64,000 bases of DNA from Blasia pusilla (Eukaryota), in the NCBI GenBank assembly GCA_050084515.1, contig CM114271.1, forward strand, positions 1,860,001 to 1,924,000, written 5' to 3'. Positions 1-12,869 of the stretch are shown one piece after another. Below the pieces are notes generated by a model. That model searched no databases. It worked only from the letters and a program-made list of their open reading frames with translations, and was not told where the DNA came from. How positions within the stretch are numbered: position 1 is the first letter of the stretch; every line of letters begins with the position of its first letter. A program made the translations under genes and the position numbers.

Positions 1-380
1 CGGCAGCTATTTTCTAGGCGACTGCTATACACACGCCGGCGGCTATGTTCTAGGCGGCTGGCTCTTCTCTGGACGGCGGCTATTCACAGGCCCGACGACT
101 ATTGTCTGGACGGTTGCTAATCACAGTCCGGCGGCTATTCTCTGGACGGCGGCTAATCTCTGGACGGAGGATATTGCTGGGACGGCGGCTATTTTCTAGG
201 CGGCTGCTATACACACGCCGACGGCTATGTTCTAGGCGGCTGGCTCTTCTCTGGACGGCGGCTATTCACAGGCCCGGCGGGCCTATGAATAGCCGCAAAA
301 ATTTTCAGGACGGCTGCTAATCACAGTCCGGTGGCTACTCTCTGGACGGCGGCTAAGGGAGTTAGGCGGGCCTCAGGACG
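1..380. repeat. Tandem repeat, about 182-bp higher-order unit built from short (G)GCGGCTA-containing subunits
   Basis: Bases 1-94 recur nearly identically from 183; TCTCTGGACGGCGGCTA subunits are repeated. Confidence 0.85.
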
Positions 381-383
381 GCT

Positions 384-1440
384 TCTTTTCTTAACCCCTT
401 CATGTTTTCTCCATTCCCTCCTTTATTTTTCCCTCCCCTTCCTTGTTTTTCCTCCGTCTTCAGTATCTTTTTTCCTCTCCTCCCTTCATTTCTCTTCCAT
501 TCCTAGTTTTTCCTCCCTCTTCTTCAACTTTTTCCCTCTCTCTTCAGTATCCTTTTTCCTCTCCTCCCTTCATTTCTCTTCCATTCCCTCCCCTTCATTT
601 ATTTTTCCCTCCCCTTCCTTTTTTTGCTCCCTCTTCTTCAATTTTTTTCCTCTCCTCCCTCCATGTTTCCTCCATTCCCTGCTTAATTTTTCTCTCCCCT
701 TCCTTATTTTTGCTCCCTCTTCTTCAATTTTCTTCCTCTCCTCCCTTCATGTTTCCTGCATTCCCTGCTTTATTTTTCCCTCCCCTTCCTTTTTTTTGCT
801 CCCTCTTCTTCAACTTTTTTCCTCTCCTCCCTTCATTTCTCTTCCATTCCTAGTATTTCCTCCCTCTTCTTAACCCCTTCATGTATTCTCCCCCCCCCGG
901 TCTCCTTCATTTCTTTCCCTCTCCTTCCTCAATTTTCTCCTCCCTCCCCACCTTAGTTTTTCCACCCTCTTTTATTCAATTTTTTTTCCTCTCCTCCATT
1001 CCTTCACTAATGTAAACCCCTTCAACTTTTTCGTCTCCTCCCTTCATGTTTCCTCCCCCCGGCGGCTAATTTCCTCCCTCTCCATCAATTTTTTCCCTCC
1101 CCCCTCTCCTTCATTTCTTTCCCTCTTCTTCCTCAATTTTCTCCTCCCTCCCCACCTTAGTTTTTCCACCCTCTTTTATTCAAATTTTTTTCCTCTCCTC
1201 CATTCCTTCACTAATGTAAACCCCTTCAACTGTTTTCGTCTCCTCCCTTAATGTTTCCTCCCCCCGGCGACTAATTTCCTCCCTCTCCATCAATTTTTGG
1301 AACTCCCCCCTCTCCTTCATTTCTTTCCCTCTCCTTCCTCAATTTTCTCCTCCCTCCCCACCCTAGTTTTTCCACCCTCTTCTCCCTGTTTTTTCCTCTC
1401 TTTTCCTCAATTTTCAGATACCTTCATCCCCTTCCTCTCA
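384..1440. repeat. Pyrimidine-rich (C/T) degenerate tandem repeat
   Basis: Plus strand is almost entirely C/T; the TCTCCTTCATTTCTTTCCCT block recurs at about 901, 1105 and 1311 (about 205-bp period). Confidence 0.85.
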
Positions 1441-1789
1441 AAATATAGCCGCTGGTACAGAAGTGCGGCTAAGGGAGTTAGGCCAGCCTGCGGCTACGGT
1501 GCGCAGAAGGGAGTCAAGCCCGCCTGCGGCTATTCTCTGGACAGAAGGGAGTGAAGCCTGCCTGCGGCTACGGTGCGGAGAAGGCAGTCAAGCCGGCCTG
1601 CGGCTATAGTGCGTACTAGGGGACGGGCTAGCGTCTAGGTATGTAAATCGACCTTGGATATTGAATAGAAACCTAGAATGCATGTGCGGGAGTGGTGGAC
1701 GGGCATGCAGGGCTAGGACGTGAGGCCAATTTTCAGATTCAACGTTGAGATTTCAAATATTAGGTCAATTTTCAGATTTCACATTTCAG

Positions 1790-4700
1790 AATTGAGGATG
1801 ATGAAGGTCGAATGTGCTCTTGGGCCGCTTGCGATTGCAGAGCGGAAGCGGCTACTGTGCGGATTGGGGACGAGCTTTTCGGCTGATTGCAAATGCAAAG
1901 GGACGGCTATCCTCTTGGGCGGATTACGATTGTGGAGCTTTGGCGGCTAATGTGTGGATTTCGGACACTAGGGTCTCAAGTGCAGCCCGCGGCAGGTTTG
2001 AGGTCAAATTTATGCCATTTGAAGTGAAATTCCGAGCTTGGGGTTTCAGTGATTTCTCCTTTAGGTCAATTTGAAGCAATATGGTGTGGCAGATTCACCT
2101 TGGTGTTTGGGTTTGGACGCAGGGTAGATGCCTTGTTAGTAACACATAAGATGGTAGAAATTAGCATGACCGGCGGCTAATTTCAAGATGGAGGTATGAG
2201 CCGCTTCCGGCGGCTAATTTCAAGGCGGGTAGATGCCTTGTTAGTAACACGCAAGCTTCTTGAAATTAGCCACAGCCGGCGGCTAATATCGAGATAGAAG
2301 AAATAGATACCTTGGTAGTAATTTCAATATGGCAGAAATTAGCCGCAGCTGGCGCCTACTTGCAAGATGCTAGAAAACAGCCGCAGAACCGCGGCTAATT
2401 TCGAGATGGTAGAAATTAGCCTCAGCCCATGGCTAATTTCAAGATGCTAAAAATTAGCCCCAGACGGTGGCTAATTTCAAGATGGAGGTATGACCAGCTG
2501 CCGGCGGCTAATTTCAATATGGCAGAAATTAGCCGCAGCCGGCGCCTACTTGCAAGATGCTAGAAAATAGCCGCAGAACCACGGCTAATTTTGAGATGGT
2601 AGAAATTAGCCTCAGCCCATGGCTAATTTCAAGATGCTAAAAATTAGCCCCAGACGGTGGCTAATTTCAAGATGGAGGTATGACCAGCTGCCGGCGGCTA
2701 ATTTCAATATGGCAGAAATTAGCCGCAGCCGGCGCCTACTTGCAAGATGCTAGAAAACAGCCGCAGAACCGCGGATAATTTCAAGATGGTAGAAATTAGC
2801 CCCAGACGGCGGCTAATTTCAAGGTGGAGGTATGACCAGCTGCCGGCGGCTAATTTCAATATGGCAGAAATTAGCCGCAGCCGGCGCCTAATTGCAAGAT
2901 GCTAGGAAACAGACGTAGAACCGCGGCTAATTTCGAGATGGTAGAAATTAGCCGCAACCGGCGGCTAATTTCAAGATGGTAGACTTCTTCTCCCTTCGGG
3001 AGTTTTCATGGCGCCGGCGGTTAATTGATACAGCGGTTCATGGTGACATTATCCTAGATGCGAGGCCTAAGTGGACGTCAACTCTTCAATTTTGTGGCGA
3101 TCAATGAGATCTCCTGCGAGTGGTTTTGTGGCTCTTGGCTTATATTTCGGAGATTGATTCGCAGGAAAAATGTCTCCAAATATTCTGGACAGATGACTCA
3201 AAAGCGGTTAAGGCTGTTGCGCTTTCACCGATACTTTCCGTGCTGGTTCCTAACGTCACGCGGAAATACTCTTCTGCCGTGGAGAATGCTGCACTAACAG
3301 GTCTTTTCCGCTCACTACTATCTCTCAAGCGGAACGGTGAGGCTGGGAAGGATAGGCAGTTGAGAGAAGGCGGGCATCTTGTTTGTAATGTACTTGCATC
3401 TTGCATCACTCACTACATATGATTGATATGAATAAGACCAACGAATGAAGAAATTTTCTGCACGGTTTAAATCCATTCTCGTTAACTTTTGTGTGGACTC
3501 TGGAGCGTCACGCTTCCTGGACCAGCTTAAATATACCTCTGAACATTTGGTTAGAATGCATTCAGAATTTGGAGATACGCTTCACGGCTAGAGTTCTGCT
3601 ACTTCAATGCTACATTGACCTCTGCAAAGGCTTCATTTGGGTAACTTCACTACTTTTGCTTGCCTAGCCAATGCCACTTGTCCTGAGCCTCCAGGAGATG
3701 CAATGTTTTCTTGGATTGCTCACAATCACCAGAAGTTATGACCATCACTTAAGTATTTCTTCTGTGTTTGGATGCAAAAATCTGAATTTACACTTAATTT
3801 CATTATCAGTGGTTTATGTAAATACATAGATAGATTTTTGGCATGGTCCAAGCTCTTGTAATGATTTTTCATCCAACTTTCCAACCACTTCTTAGAAAGC
3901 AAGAACTTATTCTGTATTGACATTATGTGTATGCAGATGCTTGCGGATTTAGTCTTTGATCACAAAATTGTGTATCATGAAACAATTTTCATTCTGATTT
4001 TGGAGGTATGAGGGCTTTGCCTCTTCTTCCTTGTATTTTATACATACGAGAGAAAATTGGTAATTTCCTGTTATTCTTTCTAATGGCGGGTGGGAGTGTC
4101 TCCTTATGAACGAAAGTGTGGATATCAATGGCATGTCGGGCTTGGGAAGGCATTCGGTGGATTGGGCAAGCTATGTCTCAGAAACTCATGCTTGATATCA
4201 GGCAAGTCCTCCCGACCAAGAGCCAGAGAGAGAAAGTGAGAGAAAGCGGAGTTGGAGTTATTTTGACCATTCTCTTCAACCATGGCGATGATCCGACCTC
4301 ACATGAGGTGGATCAGAGAGAGAGGCCACCCTAGTATCAGATCCAAAATTGAAAGGAAGGCAAAGCCGAGTGGGACTCCACCGACCGAGCCCAAGAATCC
4401 TCGGAAGAGGAAAATTGCAGAAAGGAGGAGAGTGAGCCCAAAGACAAATCGGACCGATTTGCATAAAACTGAAGCTACCTACCAAAGACACTACTACAGG
4501 GAAGGCACAAACTTCAGATGATAGCAATGATTTCATTGCAAAAAAGAAAATACCGAGAAATAAGAGTTCCTCACATGGAGCCGGGAAGGAGCTTCCACAA
4601 TCGCAGATGAAGAATCCGAAGTCTCGGCCAAAAACCCAAGGAAAGAAGAAAGTGAGGGTTCTAACCATTTCTATTCATTTTTTTTTACTTTCTTGGCTAT

Positions 4701-7337
4701 ATGCATGAACGGCGGCTATTCACAGCCCAGGGCACTTGCAAGCATTAACCTACGGCTAAATTGTAGACTAATAGCAGCCGGCGGCGGCTATTCACAGCCT
4801 TTGCACAAAGATGCCAGAATGAACCGGCGTCTATTATAGCAGAAGCCGGCGGCTATTTTAATTCTCTGGATGGCGACTAAGAGCAGCCGCCGGCGACTAT
4901 TAAGCCCGCTTTTGGACAAGGCTACCAGAAAGAGTCGGCGTCTATTCTAGCATGGGGGGCGACTATGCACTCTCTTTGGACTAAACAAAATAGCAGCCGG
5001 AGGGGGGCTATTCACAGCCATTGTGCAAGTTTGGCGGCTATCCACATCGTTTGGGGAAGGCTACTAGCTTACACAAGGATGCCTACACTTTTTTTAGTTT
5101 TCTTTATATTTAAATATAACTTTTGGGGTTCATTGGTGTGTACTAGGAGACGTCTACACTTCCAGCAAAAGTCAAGAAGGAAGATGATTCGGCAACTCTG
5201 CCGATTGCTACAAATTCGAATCCAAGTGTAAGTAGAGTAAGATTTCATCATAGCTTGGTATTCTTTCATGTAGACATGTATAAACGTTTTCTCAAAAACC
5301 AGGTTCCCCTAAGGACTCCTCCTTCCATAGAATCCAAAGCGGGTGTATAAAGACTTGCTATCCTTTCCTTTTGCAGATGAGGATGTCAATTGTGAAGTTC
5401 GTAGTCTTATAAATTTATTTTTTGGGTGCTACAGAATACTACTACGTCTAGTCGACCTCGCCGTGCAAGAATGGCGATTTCAAGGTTGGGTATTGCAGGT
5501 TTTCACATGAGAGCAATGTCATTGTAGAGGAGCATATTTCAGGCCTCCCTACGGCTTCAGGGGAAAGTGAAGGTCTAAAGGAACCCCATGTCGAGGAGGA
5601 GCAGGGTGAACCCGTCTGTGAGGTGGGTGTCATTGATACTCGAAGGTGATAGATGAGGTGATCAAAGGCATCACGAGAGGAATTGAATCTGCTGAGGACA
5701 AGGCAAAGCGGAGGATTGAAGATCATGTCATTCATTTGGAGGATACTGAAGCAAAGGAGCCTGAGAAGAAGGATGCGGCTAGCCCTCAGTCCAATCCAAA
5801 TGACACTCACACCAACAGGCATGATTCACCTTCACATGTACATGGAGTGAAGAGTGGAGAAAGCAAAGGGAATGAGCAATGGAAGGATGGTATCGATGGC
5901 TTGGATTGGCAAGAATTTGGGAACTTGCCTGAATGGAACACTCAGAAGGTAGGAGGTTGGGAAGTTCCCAATGTTTCTCAGTTCGGGCCTTCACAACACC
6001 GTAGGGAGTCTCTAGGCACAACAAGGAAAGACACGGCAGATGCACCTATGAAGATCACTACAGAGGGCCCTCATGGGAACATGGCAAGCGGCACACCACG
6101 TGCTCACCCTACAGCAACGACCAAGGCCCAGCTTTTTGTGGAGCCTATGGTGATTACCCGAGGCTCTCAAACCATGGACAAGTTTCTTGTGAACAGAATG
6201 AGTCAAACTGACCATATGTTCACAGTGGATCAACAATTGCAAACAGATAGTATCCCTGAGGTGCACATGGTTAACCGATTATGCCAGACTGAGAGCGTGT
6301 ACCATGTGAACAACTATGTGCAAACTGAGGACTCCACATGGTGGATGAATCACATGCGGTCCAATGCGCTAGCAATGGTTCCAACACGCGGTGCTCCACA
6401 ACCCACACCATCAAGTGAAGATGGTGTACTCCCTAATCTTTGGGGGAGTGAAGGTTTGGACGGAAAAGAAGATGGGCTCAAATCACAGAAGGTATTATGC
6501 CAATCTTCAATTGCCCATCTTCCTTTATGTGGCCTCTATTCTCCAATCGATCTTCACAAATTGCAGTAAGTTCTTATGGATTTTTGGCATTCTCAGTGGA
6601 GGACTCAACGTATAGGTGAAGGTTTACTCTATATTTGTTGGATTGTCCCAAAACCCTATCCAAAAATCCTTAGTGATCACAACCGGCGGGTAAACATAGC
6701 CGGCGCCTATTCATAGTGGGCGGCTATGCACACCCAATGCCAATTTCTAGGCGGCGGCTAATCACAATCAAAGGCTTTGTGCTAAGCACAAAGTGGGGCT
6801 AATCACACACGACGGCTTTTTTCCATTGTAGGTTATTTCATGTACACATTCCGTTTGTCTTTGGATGTAGGGACCAACGGAAGAAGTACCAGAGGAAGAC
6901 CCGAGTGTGCCACAAGGAGGGTTTCTGATTGATGAGAGAATCATACAATTGTGGATTAACCATTTGGGGATGCCCGCGGAAGATGTGGTGCATTTGGAGT
7001 GTTGGGAGGACAAAATTCATCTCACTGAACGAACCACAGCTAGAGTAGACAAGTATGTTGAAGTCTGGAGCTAAGGCACGCAGCTCTTCTTCCGAGAGGA
7101 GATCTCATTACAAAGTTAGGAGTGACCGGCTATAACAACAAAGGTGGGTGGGAAGAAGCCTTGCGTAGAGTGACAACCTTGCAAGATTCGGCAGCAAGGA
7201 ATTCACAGTTTATTCGTGACCTCTTGAGTAGGCTAGGTGTGTCATCAGACGGCTTGGACGAGGCATCCTGTTTCTCTAGGGCTCTAGTGGCTATTGTTGA
7301 CTTGCAACGGTTGGATTCTTCAGGTCCAAGCATGTAA
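1790..7337 (+). pseudogene. Decayed multi-exon gene of unknown function carried by the MULE-like element
   Basis: Coding-like blocks with scattered stops and frameshifts at about 1790-1995, 2982-3750, 3937-4650, 5499-6492 (includes the 307-aa ORF 5646-6569) and 6871-7337. Plausible GT/AG borders (AAA|GTGAGG about 4651, GAAG|GTATT about 6492, TGTAG|GGA 6870). No domain recognised. Confidence 0.4.
2122..2981. repeat. Array of about 38-bp self-complementary units (GGCTAATTTC...GAAATTAGCC) arranged as a 190-bp higher-order repeat
   Basis: ATTTCAATATGGCAGAAATTAGCC recurs at 2321, 2511, 2701 and 2853 (periods 190, 190, 152); many subunits contain the inverted repeat GGCTAATTTC/GAAATTAGCC. Confidence 0.9.
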
Positions 7338-7429
7338 TAAATCTTTGTAAAGTTCCTTTTTGTTTTATGGTGAAACGATGATCACATCCATGTTGTATAA
7401 TGTATGTCAAGCGCTGGAATTTGTGCACT

Positions 7430-7845
7430 TCCACCCCAAACCCTACAACCTGTGGCTAAAAGGCTCATCAGCCCTGGGGCTGCGGCTACAACCTGCGGCT
7501 AACTCCAAACCCTAAACCCTAAACCTGCGGCTAAAACCTGCGGTTAAATTGGTCCATCCTCTCCCCCTTGGCTGAAACTTCATCAGCTCACTGCAATGCC
7601 ATGACACACTGGAGATGACGCTAAAACCTGCGGCTAAATCCAAGCTTCCACCTTAAACCTGCGGCTAAAACCTGTTGTTAAATTCGTCCATCCTCTCCCC
7701 CTTGGCTGAAACTTCATCAGCTCACTGCAATGCCATGACACACTAGAGCTGCGGCTAAATCCAAACTTCCACCCTATACCTGCGGCTAAAACCTGCGGCT
7801 AAATTGGTCCCTCCTTGGCTGAAACTTCAGAACTTCTGCGGTTAA
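7430..7845. repeat. Subterminal AAACCTGCGGCTA tandem repeats with an internal duplication
   Basis: AAACCTGCGGCTAAA is repeated; the GTCCATCCTCTCCCCCTTGGCTGAAACTTCATCAGCTC... block is duplicated at about 7552 and 7686. Confidence 0.8.
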
Positions 7846-8426
7846 GTGCAAAGGTCTACTACTATAGAAATGGTACTAGAACAATTACCGGACTTCCCGG
7901 TAGCTCATATCCCAACCGGTGGGAACTCTGACGTGGCAGTTCATAGGGGCCACTCAAGCAAGAGATTTCGTAGGGGGGCCACTTAAGCAACATAAGTAGG
8001 GCAGGGGGCCACTTAAGCAAATACCTGGATAAGAAATGGGTTGATCTTGATGTACATGGCTTATCCCTTCTCTTGTCATGGACATATGGTCCAAATATGA
8101 GCTCATTTCCACCGTCCTAAAAGAACTTGAATTTATGGAACCTATTGATTTATTTTCATTAAATCCAAATGTACAATTTGAAGTGGAGGTTTACGCCTCT
8201 TTTGTTTCATTAGGGTTTAGTGTTTTATGCCTCTTCAGTTTTAATAGGTTTTACCATTTACATTTATGGATAATGCACAATTGAAAAATAAAATTATCCC
8301 ATTTTGAGAAAATATGAGAATCATTTTTTGGGTTCCCATTCATTAATTTTTGTCCATTTTTTACTTGGAATCCCCCCCTTTGTCCTTTGGAAAACCCTCT
8401 ATCCCAATAGTAGAATAGAAAAACAT

Positions 8427-8605
8427 CATGGTTGCACAAAAACAAACATGGACGTACAAGTTAGGACATGTCCACAGACATGAATGGCAAAAAGTGTTGC
8501 CCACACTTATAGTTCATAGTGGAAAAGTAAGGGAGGGGGAGATGGGGCCCAAATGGAGAAGTTTTTTTACACGATGAATGTGGAATTTGTCCATATGCAA
8601 CTTAA
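8427..8605 (-). mobile_element. Degenerate hAT-type MITE family copy
   Basis: Ends CATGGTTGCA... and ...TTTGTCCATATGCAACTT; internal GGACATGTCC and homology to the 34412 and 41396 copies; TSD not clean. Confidence 0.55.
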
Positions 8606-9019
8606 AAAAATGAATCTCTTTAACAAAAACTTCCCTCCCAAACTTCATTCGGAATTTTAAAACCTATCTTCATTCATTCCTTTTATCTCTTTCCTAATTT
8701 TTATTATTTTATTCATATAGTTCATGAGAAATTTGAGCTTATATTATTATTAATAAAATGAATGAATATTATTAATAAAATGAATGAATATGAGAAGGAA
8801 AGAGGACCCAAATAAAAAGATTTATATGGTTCTATCTTGTTACTTAGGGTTATTCCAAATTATAAGGTAACCCTAAGCAAGTATTTTTTTTCTTTTAAGT
8901 TATTTTATAAAAAACTAAAAATATTTAAAAGTATTTATTTGAAAATAAAATTTAATAAAAGTAGTACAACCTCTTCCCATTTAAATTGTAGCTTAGTATA
9001 AGATGTAACCAAACATTGA

Positions 9020-10920
9020 TTGAGAGGCTTAAGACATGCCGCTCATGAAGAGCTTCTCAAGACGAATTAACCTTAATAATAGTATGATATGTTGAATTTC
9101 TAGAGTTCAACATCCGAAAAGTTGAGGGATAAGACGTAAAGATAAATTTCCATTTAATATAAATAAATAAATATCTTTACTGTAATAAAACCCTTTCTTC
9201 GTTCTTTAAGACATTTCTATTATTAATTTCAAGAAAAATAAGTTTAAACTTAGAACTTTTTAAATTTTCCAACCCTCATGATCTCCAAAGTAAGAAAGAT
9301 ATTCACCCATAGTTTTTGAAAATATAGTTCAGATTTCCTTCAACCAAGCTTGAACATAAAAAAGAATTTAGAAATGAAAGGAATTTTTATCCTCTTCAAG
9401 AATAATTAATTTCCACTCTTCCATTATTTTCCTTCCTCAAACTTTTCAAAATAATTTGTAGCTTCTCCTCCAAGCTAAACTTGAAAATTGAAAATTTTAT
9501 TTTTTTTCCCTAAATTTAAAAAAAATTGAAACTTCTTATTGAAAAAATATGCAACATATGAGGGAGATTTTTAAAAATCCTATTCATAAAATTTTAATAT
9601 AATTATGAAAACCTCTATTCCATTCAATTTTTGGATTTGTGTATGATAAAGTCAAATATAATTTCAACATAATTGAAAAGCTTCACACATGGCTCTTATT
9701 GAGAGCTTTTGAAAATGACCTAATACCCATGATAGTATGATTAAACAAATTTTTTTATCCGATTTAGTTTCCAAAATTTCTGGAAAATTCACTCCTAACC
9801 AAGCTTGAAAATTACAAATGTTTTACAAAATAGAATCATTTTCGTATACTTAAGTAATGCTTACATGTCCATTCTTCTATTCTTATCCTATATTTCAAAA
9901 GTTATTTTAATTTTCTGTCTAAACTAAGCTTCATATTGAAAGATATAAATAATTTTTGCGCTAAGTATCCTTAAAAAAAATGTGTTCTTTAAATGGATAA
10001 CTATACTTATCACTAGTGTAAGCATGTGTGATGCACGAGTTTAAATTACCTCCCAAAATGATAATTAACTTTCAAAATTCCCAAGTGCAATTTTAAATTA
10101 ATTTTGAGCAAGCTTATTGACTAAGAACGTGAGTGATCCTATTGGTTGAAAGTGTCAATAGGAGAAGAGTTTGCAAAATGAATGGGCACTCTCCAATCTT
10201 TACTATTAAAAGACGATGGGTTTGGAGAATTCCTCCCTCCAATATTGACATCCGTCCTCTAAGGGTTCTTCAGATATTGACACATATCACTTTAAGAAAT
10301 GAAGTTAAGTTAAGAGGAGATAGTTAAATCGATTGAGGAAGAGAAAGGAGGACTAGAGGTACTAAACTTGAATTTTTAAAAATTTGAAGATCACTTGTGC
10401 ATAGCACGAGCAACAATCTAGTATATAATAGATGAGGGAGACTTAAGAGCTTTCCATATATTCAAATATCCACTTTATAAACATAAATATATTAATAATA
10501 ATGAAACCCTTGCTTCCTTCTTATAAAATAAAATCTTTGCCCTCATTAATTTCTAAATAGGTCATTTCAAGCTTATTAATAAGCTCATCTTTCCAACCCT
10601 CATGATCTCCCAAGCAAAACAAGAAAATTACTCATTTTGATCCAATTTTTTTTCCAAATTATAGTTCAAATTTCCATCCCAACCGAGGTTGAAAATTAAA
10701 AAGAATTCAGAAATGAAGTCTCTTTTATCCTTTTAAAGAATTAAATTTCCTCTCTCCTGTTATGATCCTTCTCATTTTTTCCAAAATAATATGTAATTTC
10801 TCTTCCAAACTAAACTAGAAATTTGAACATTTAATTTATTTTTTCCCATAAGTATTAAAGATAATTTTAATTTCTTAAATTAAAAATATAGAACTTATGA
10901 GGAAGATTTCAAAAAATATT
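9020..10920. repeat. Diverged AT-rich tandem duplication, interrupted by a Helitron
   Basis: The TTTCCAACCCTCATGATCTCC...ATAGTTCA...AAAGAATT.AGAAATGAA segment is shared between about 9267-9380 and 10590-10720, with a third weaker copy near 9720-9960. Confidence 0.6.
10013..10432 (-). mobile_element. Non-autonomous Helitron
   Basis: On the minus strand: A|TCTATTATATACTAG 5' end and hairpin CTCGTGCATCACACATG followed by CTAG|T 3' end; inserted between A and T with no TSD. Confidence 0.6.
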
Positions 10921-11004
10921 AAGATTGAGAATTTTTTTTTAAAAAAATTCTGCTCAATTCAGTGCGAATAATATAAAGCAATATTTACAAAAAATGAGTC
11001 AATC

Positions 11005-11117
11005 AATTGTGCCGCGAGTACTCGAGCCCACAAGGAGATGTTCGTCCATAAGTCGAACATAAGTTGGCGGATATGGACATGTCCAAGGACACAGACTTTC
11101 TTCGTGTGCAACTTTGT
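11005..11117 (-). mobile_element. Partial hAT-type MITE (one end)
   Basis: GGACATGTCC...GGACACAGACTTT...GTGCAACTTTG matches the family terminus. Confidence 0.55.
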
Positions 11118-12446
11118 CCAACCCCCTCAATAATGAAATGTTCACTCCTTTCAATTTGTCTATGCACTCTAAGAAATGAATATTATTCTTGCTCATTGAC
11201 TCCGAGCTACATTTGGCCAATTGAACCAAAGCTTTCATCAGCTAAGTTGTAAATGAATGTTCCACTCTTCAACCCAATCAACTAACAATTTGCTTGTTAT
11301 GGTGTTGAGGAATCAACTCACCAATCTATTTCAAATTTGGATTCAATCCGTCTTGTAAAATTCTCTCCTTCTATCCATGGCAAAAATATGCGCCCCCAAG
11401 CCAACGTATTCTAGTAGGCCACCAACAATTATCTTCCCATCTTCAAAGGATTTTTTGGCAATCTTGGCTATCTCTACCAACTTCCTTACAAAATTCTCAA
11501 ACCCATTTTGGATTCCATAGATGTAGTATCTATCTAAGATCTAAGTCTTCTAAAAATCTAATATCACCCACCAACACATACACTCATGTCAAATTTGGGC
11601 ATTGCGTTGCCTAATGCTTTTCTTCTCATTCCTCCCAATGCAATCCTCTGCCTCTAATTCTTGCTCTTCCCTACATTGGTTGCCATGTGAGTTTTGACTT
11701 TTAGGATTTCGCCTTCCTCCTCTAAAGATTCTCCCAAAGTATTTCACTATAACAGCAAATCTTAAAGTTCGTTTCTTTTTTTTAATGGACGGATATAATT
11801 ATATTTTATGAATTACACAACAATCATGTCATAGTAACTCATGTAAGTACCTTCAAATATCAGTTATAAAATGTGATTGATAGCACGTTTCAAAATAATG
11901 GGGATCTATTACGACAATATAAATCACAAAAAGTGCTTCCATTAGCACATCAAAATAGGGATAAGAAATATCCATACTAGAAGAAAATCATAAAGTTAGT
12001 ACGTAAACATACTAATATCTACCCATAGTAAGAATATCTCTTTTTATTATGTTCCATCTAAAGTATCTAAGGAGTCGTTGAAAATAACAAATCTTTCAGT
12101 AGCCACTTCTAGAAGAGTGATAGAGGTATAGAAGAATGAAACAAAAAAGTGATGAGCCTCCTACTTATGGGGAAGAAGGAAGAAAACAAGGGAGGGAGTT
12201 TGGGCGATCGGTGCCTCCATAGCCTCGGCACCAATAGAAAAAGAGTTCTCAAAATTTTCAGATTTTTTCAAAAAAATTCCAAATATTCAGGATGTGCCAA
12301 ACCTTGCTTGCAACCGATTTTTTTGGATAAAGAAATATGCTAGTACACCATGGTTTGTTTGCATTTAGTCAGAAGCCTCTTGACTGAATGCAAAAAGTGC
12401 CATTCCTCGTCCCTCATCCTCCTCCTCCTCTTGATTTAGGTTCATC

Positions 12447-12448
<2 letters not shown>

Positions 12449-12542
<94 letters not shown>
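12449..12542. repeat. (GA)n microsatellite
   Basis: Perfect GA run seen directly. Confidence 0.98.
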
Positions 12543-12544
<2 letters not shown>

Positions 12545-12869
12545 TCTTGCCCCACTAAAGCTCTCTATTTAGTAGAGGATTTCATACAATAAAATTTCCA
12601 CAAAGGAGAAAAAAATTAATTTAGTATTTTACCTACTATCTAGAGAGAAGGAGAGAATTCATGGAGTAGTAGTCTTCCTACCATAGAACCTATTGGATTC
12701 TTAAGATCCACTTCTTAAGGCACTTGAAAAATCTTCGCAAAGATGCTTTCAAGTTCTGGTCGCTTTAGTGAACCACTTGAGCCCCCATACATTTTCGGTG
12801 CGATTGAACTTATTGCACCCTATTCATATAAACGACCTCCTTGTGTGTGTCTTAACTTACAAGTCGCAC

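Larger units (their letters stand above)
1..8025 (+). mobile_element. Large Mutator-like (MULE) DNA transposon, right-hand portion; left end lies outside the window
   Basis: The GCGGCTA/TAGCCGC motif pervades 1-7850 and stops abruptly. The block ends in a MULE-style terminus: GACGTGGCA, three GGGGCCACT(C/T)AAGCAA units, then ...GCAAATACC at 8025. A decayed multi-exon gene lies inside. No transposase domain or TSD is visible. Confidence 0.45.

Noticed and set aside
331..873. F/S/P/L-rich ORFs (180 and 136 aa)
   Set aside because: Translation artefacts of the C/T low-complexity repeat.
2122..2981. CRISPR array
   Set aside because: Units are contiguous repeat variants with no unique spacers; no cas genes; eukaryotic context.
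7507..7525. Telomeric CCCTAAA repeats
   Set aside because: Only two units, embedded in the AAACCT-based subterminal array.
11120..11760. Possible minus-strand transposon coding relic
   Set aside because: Coding-like texture but no diagnostic motif recognised.
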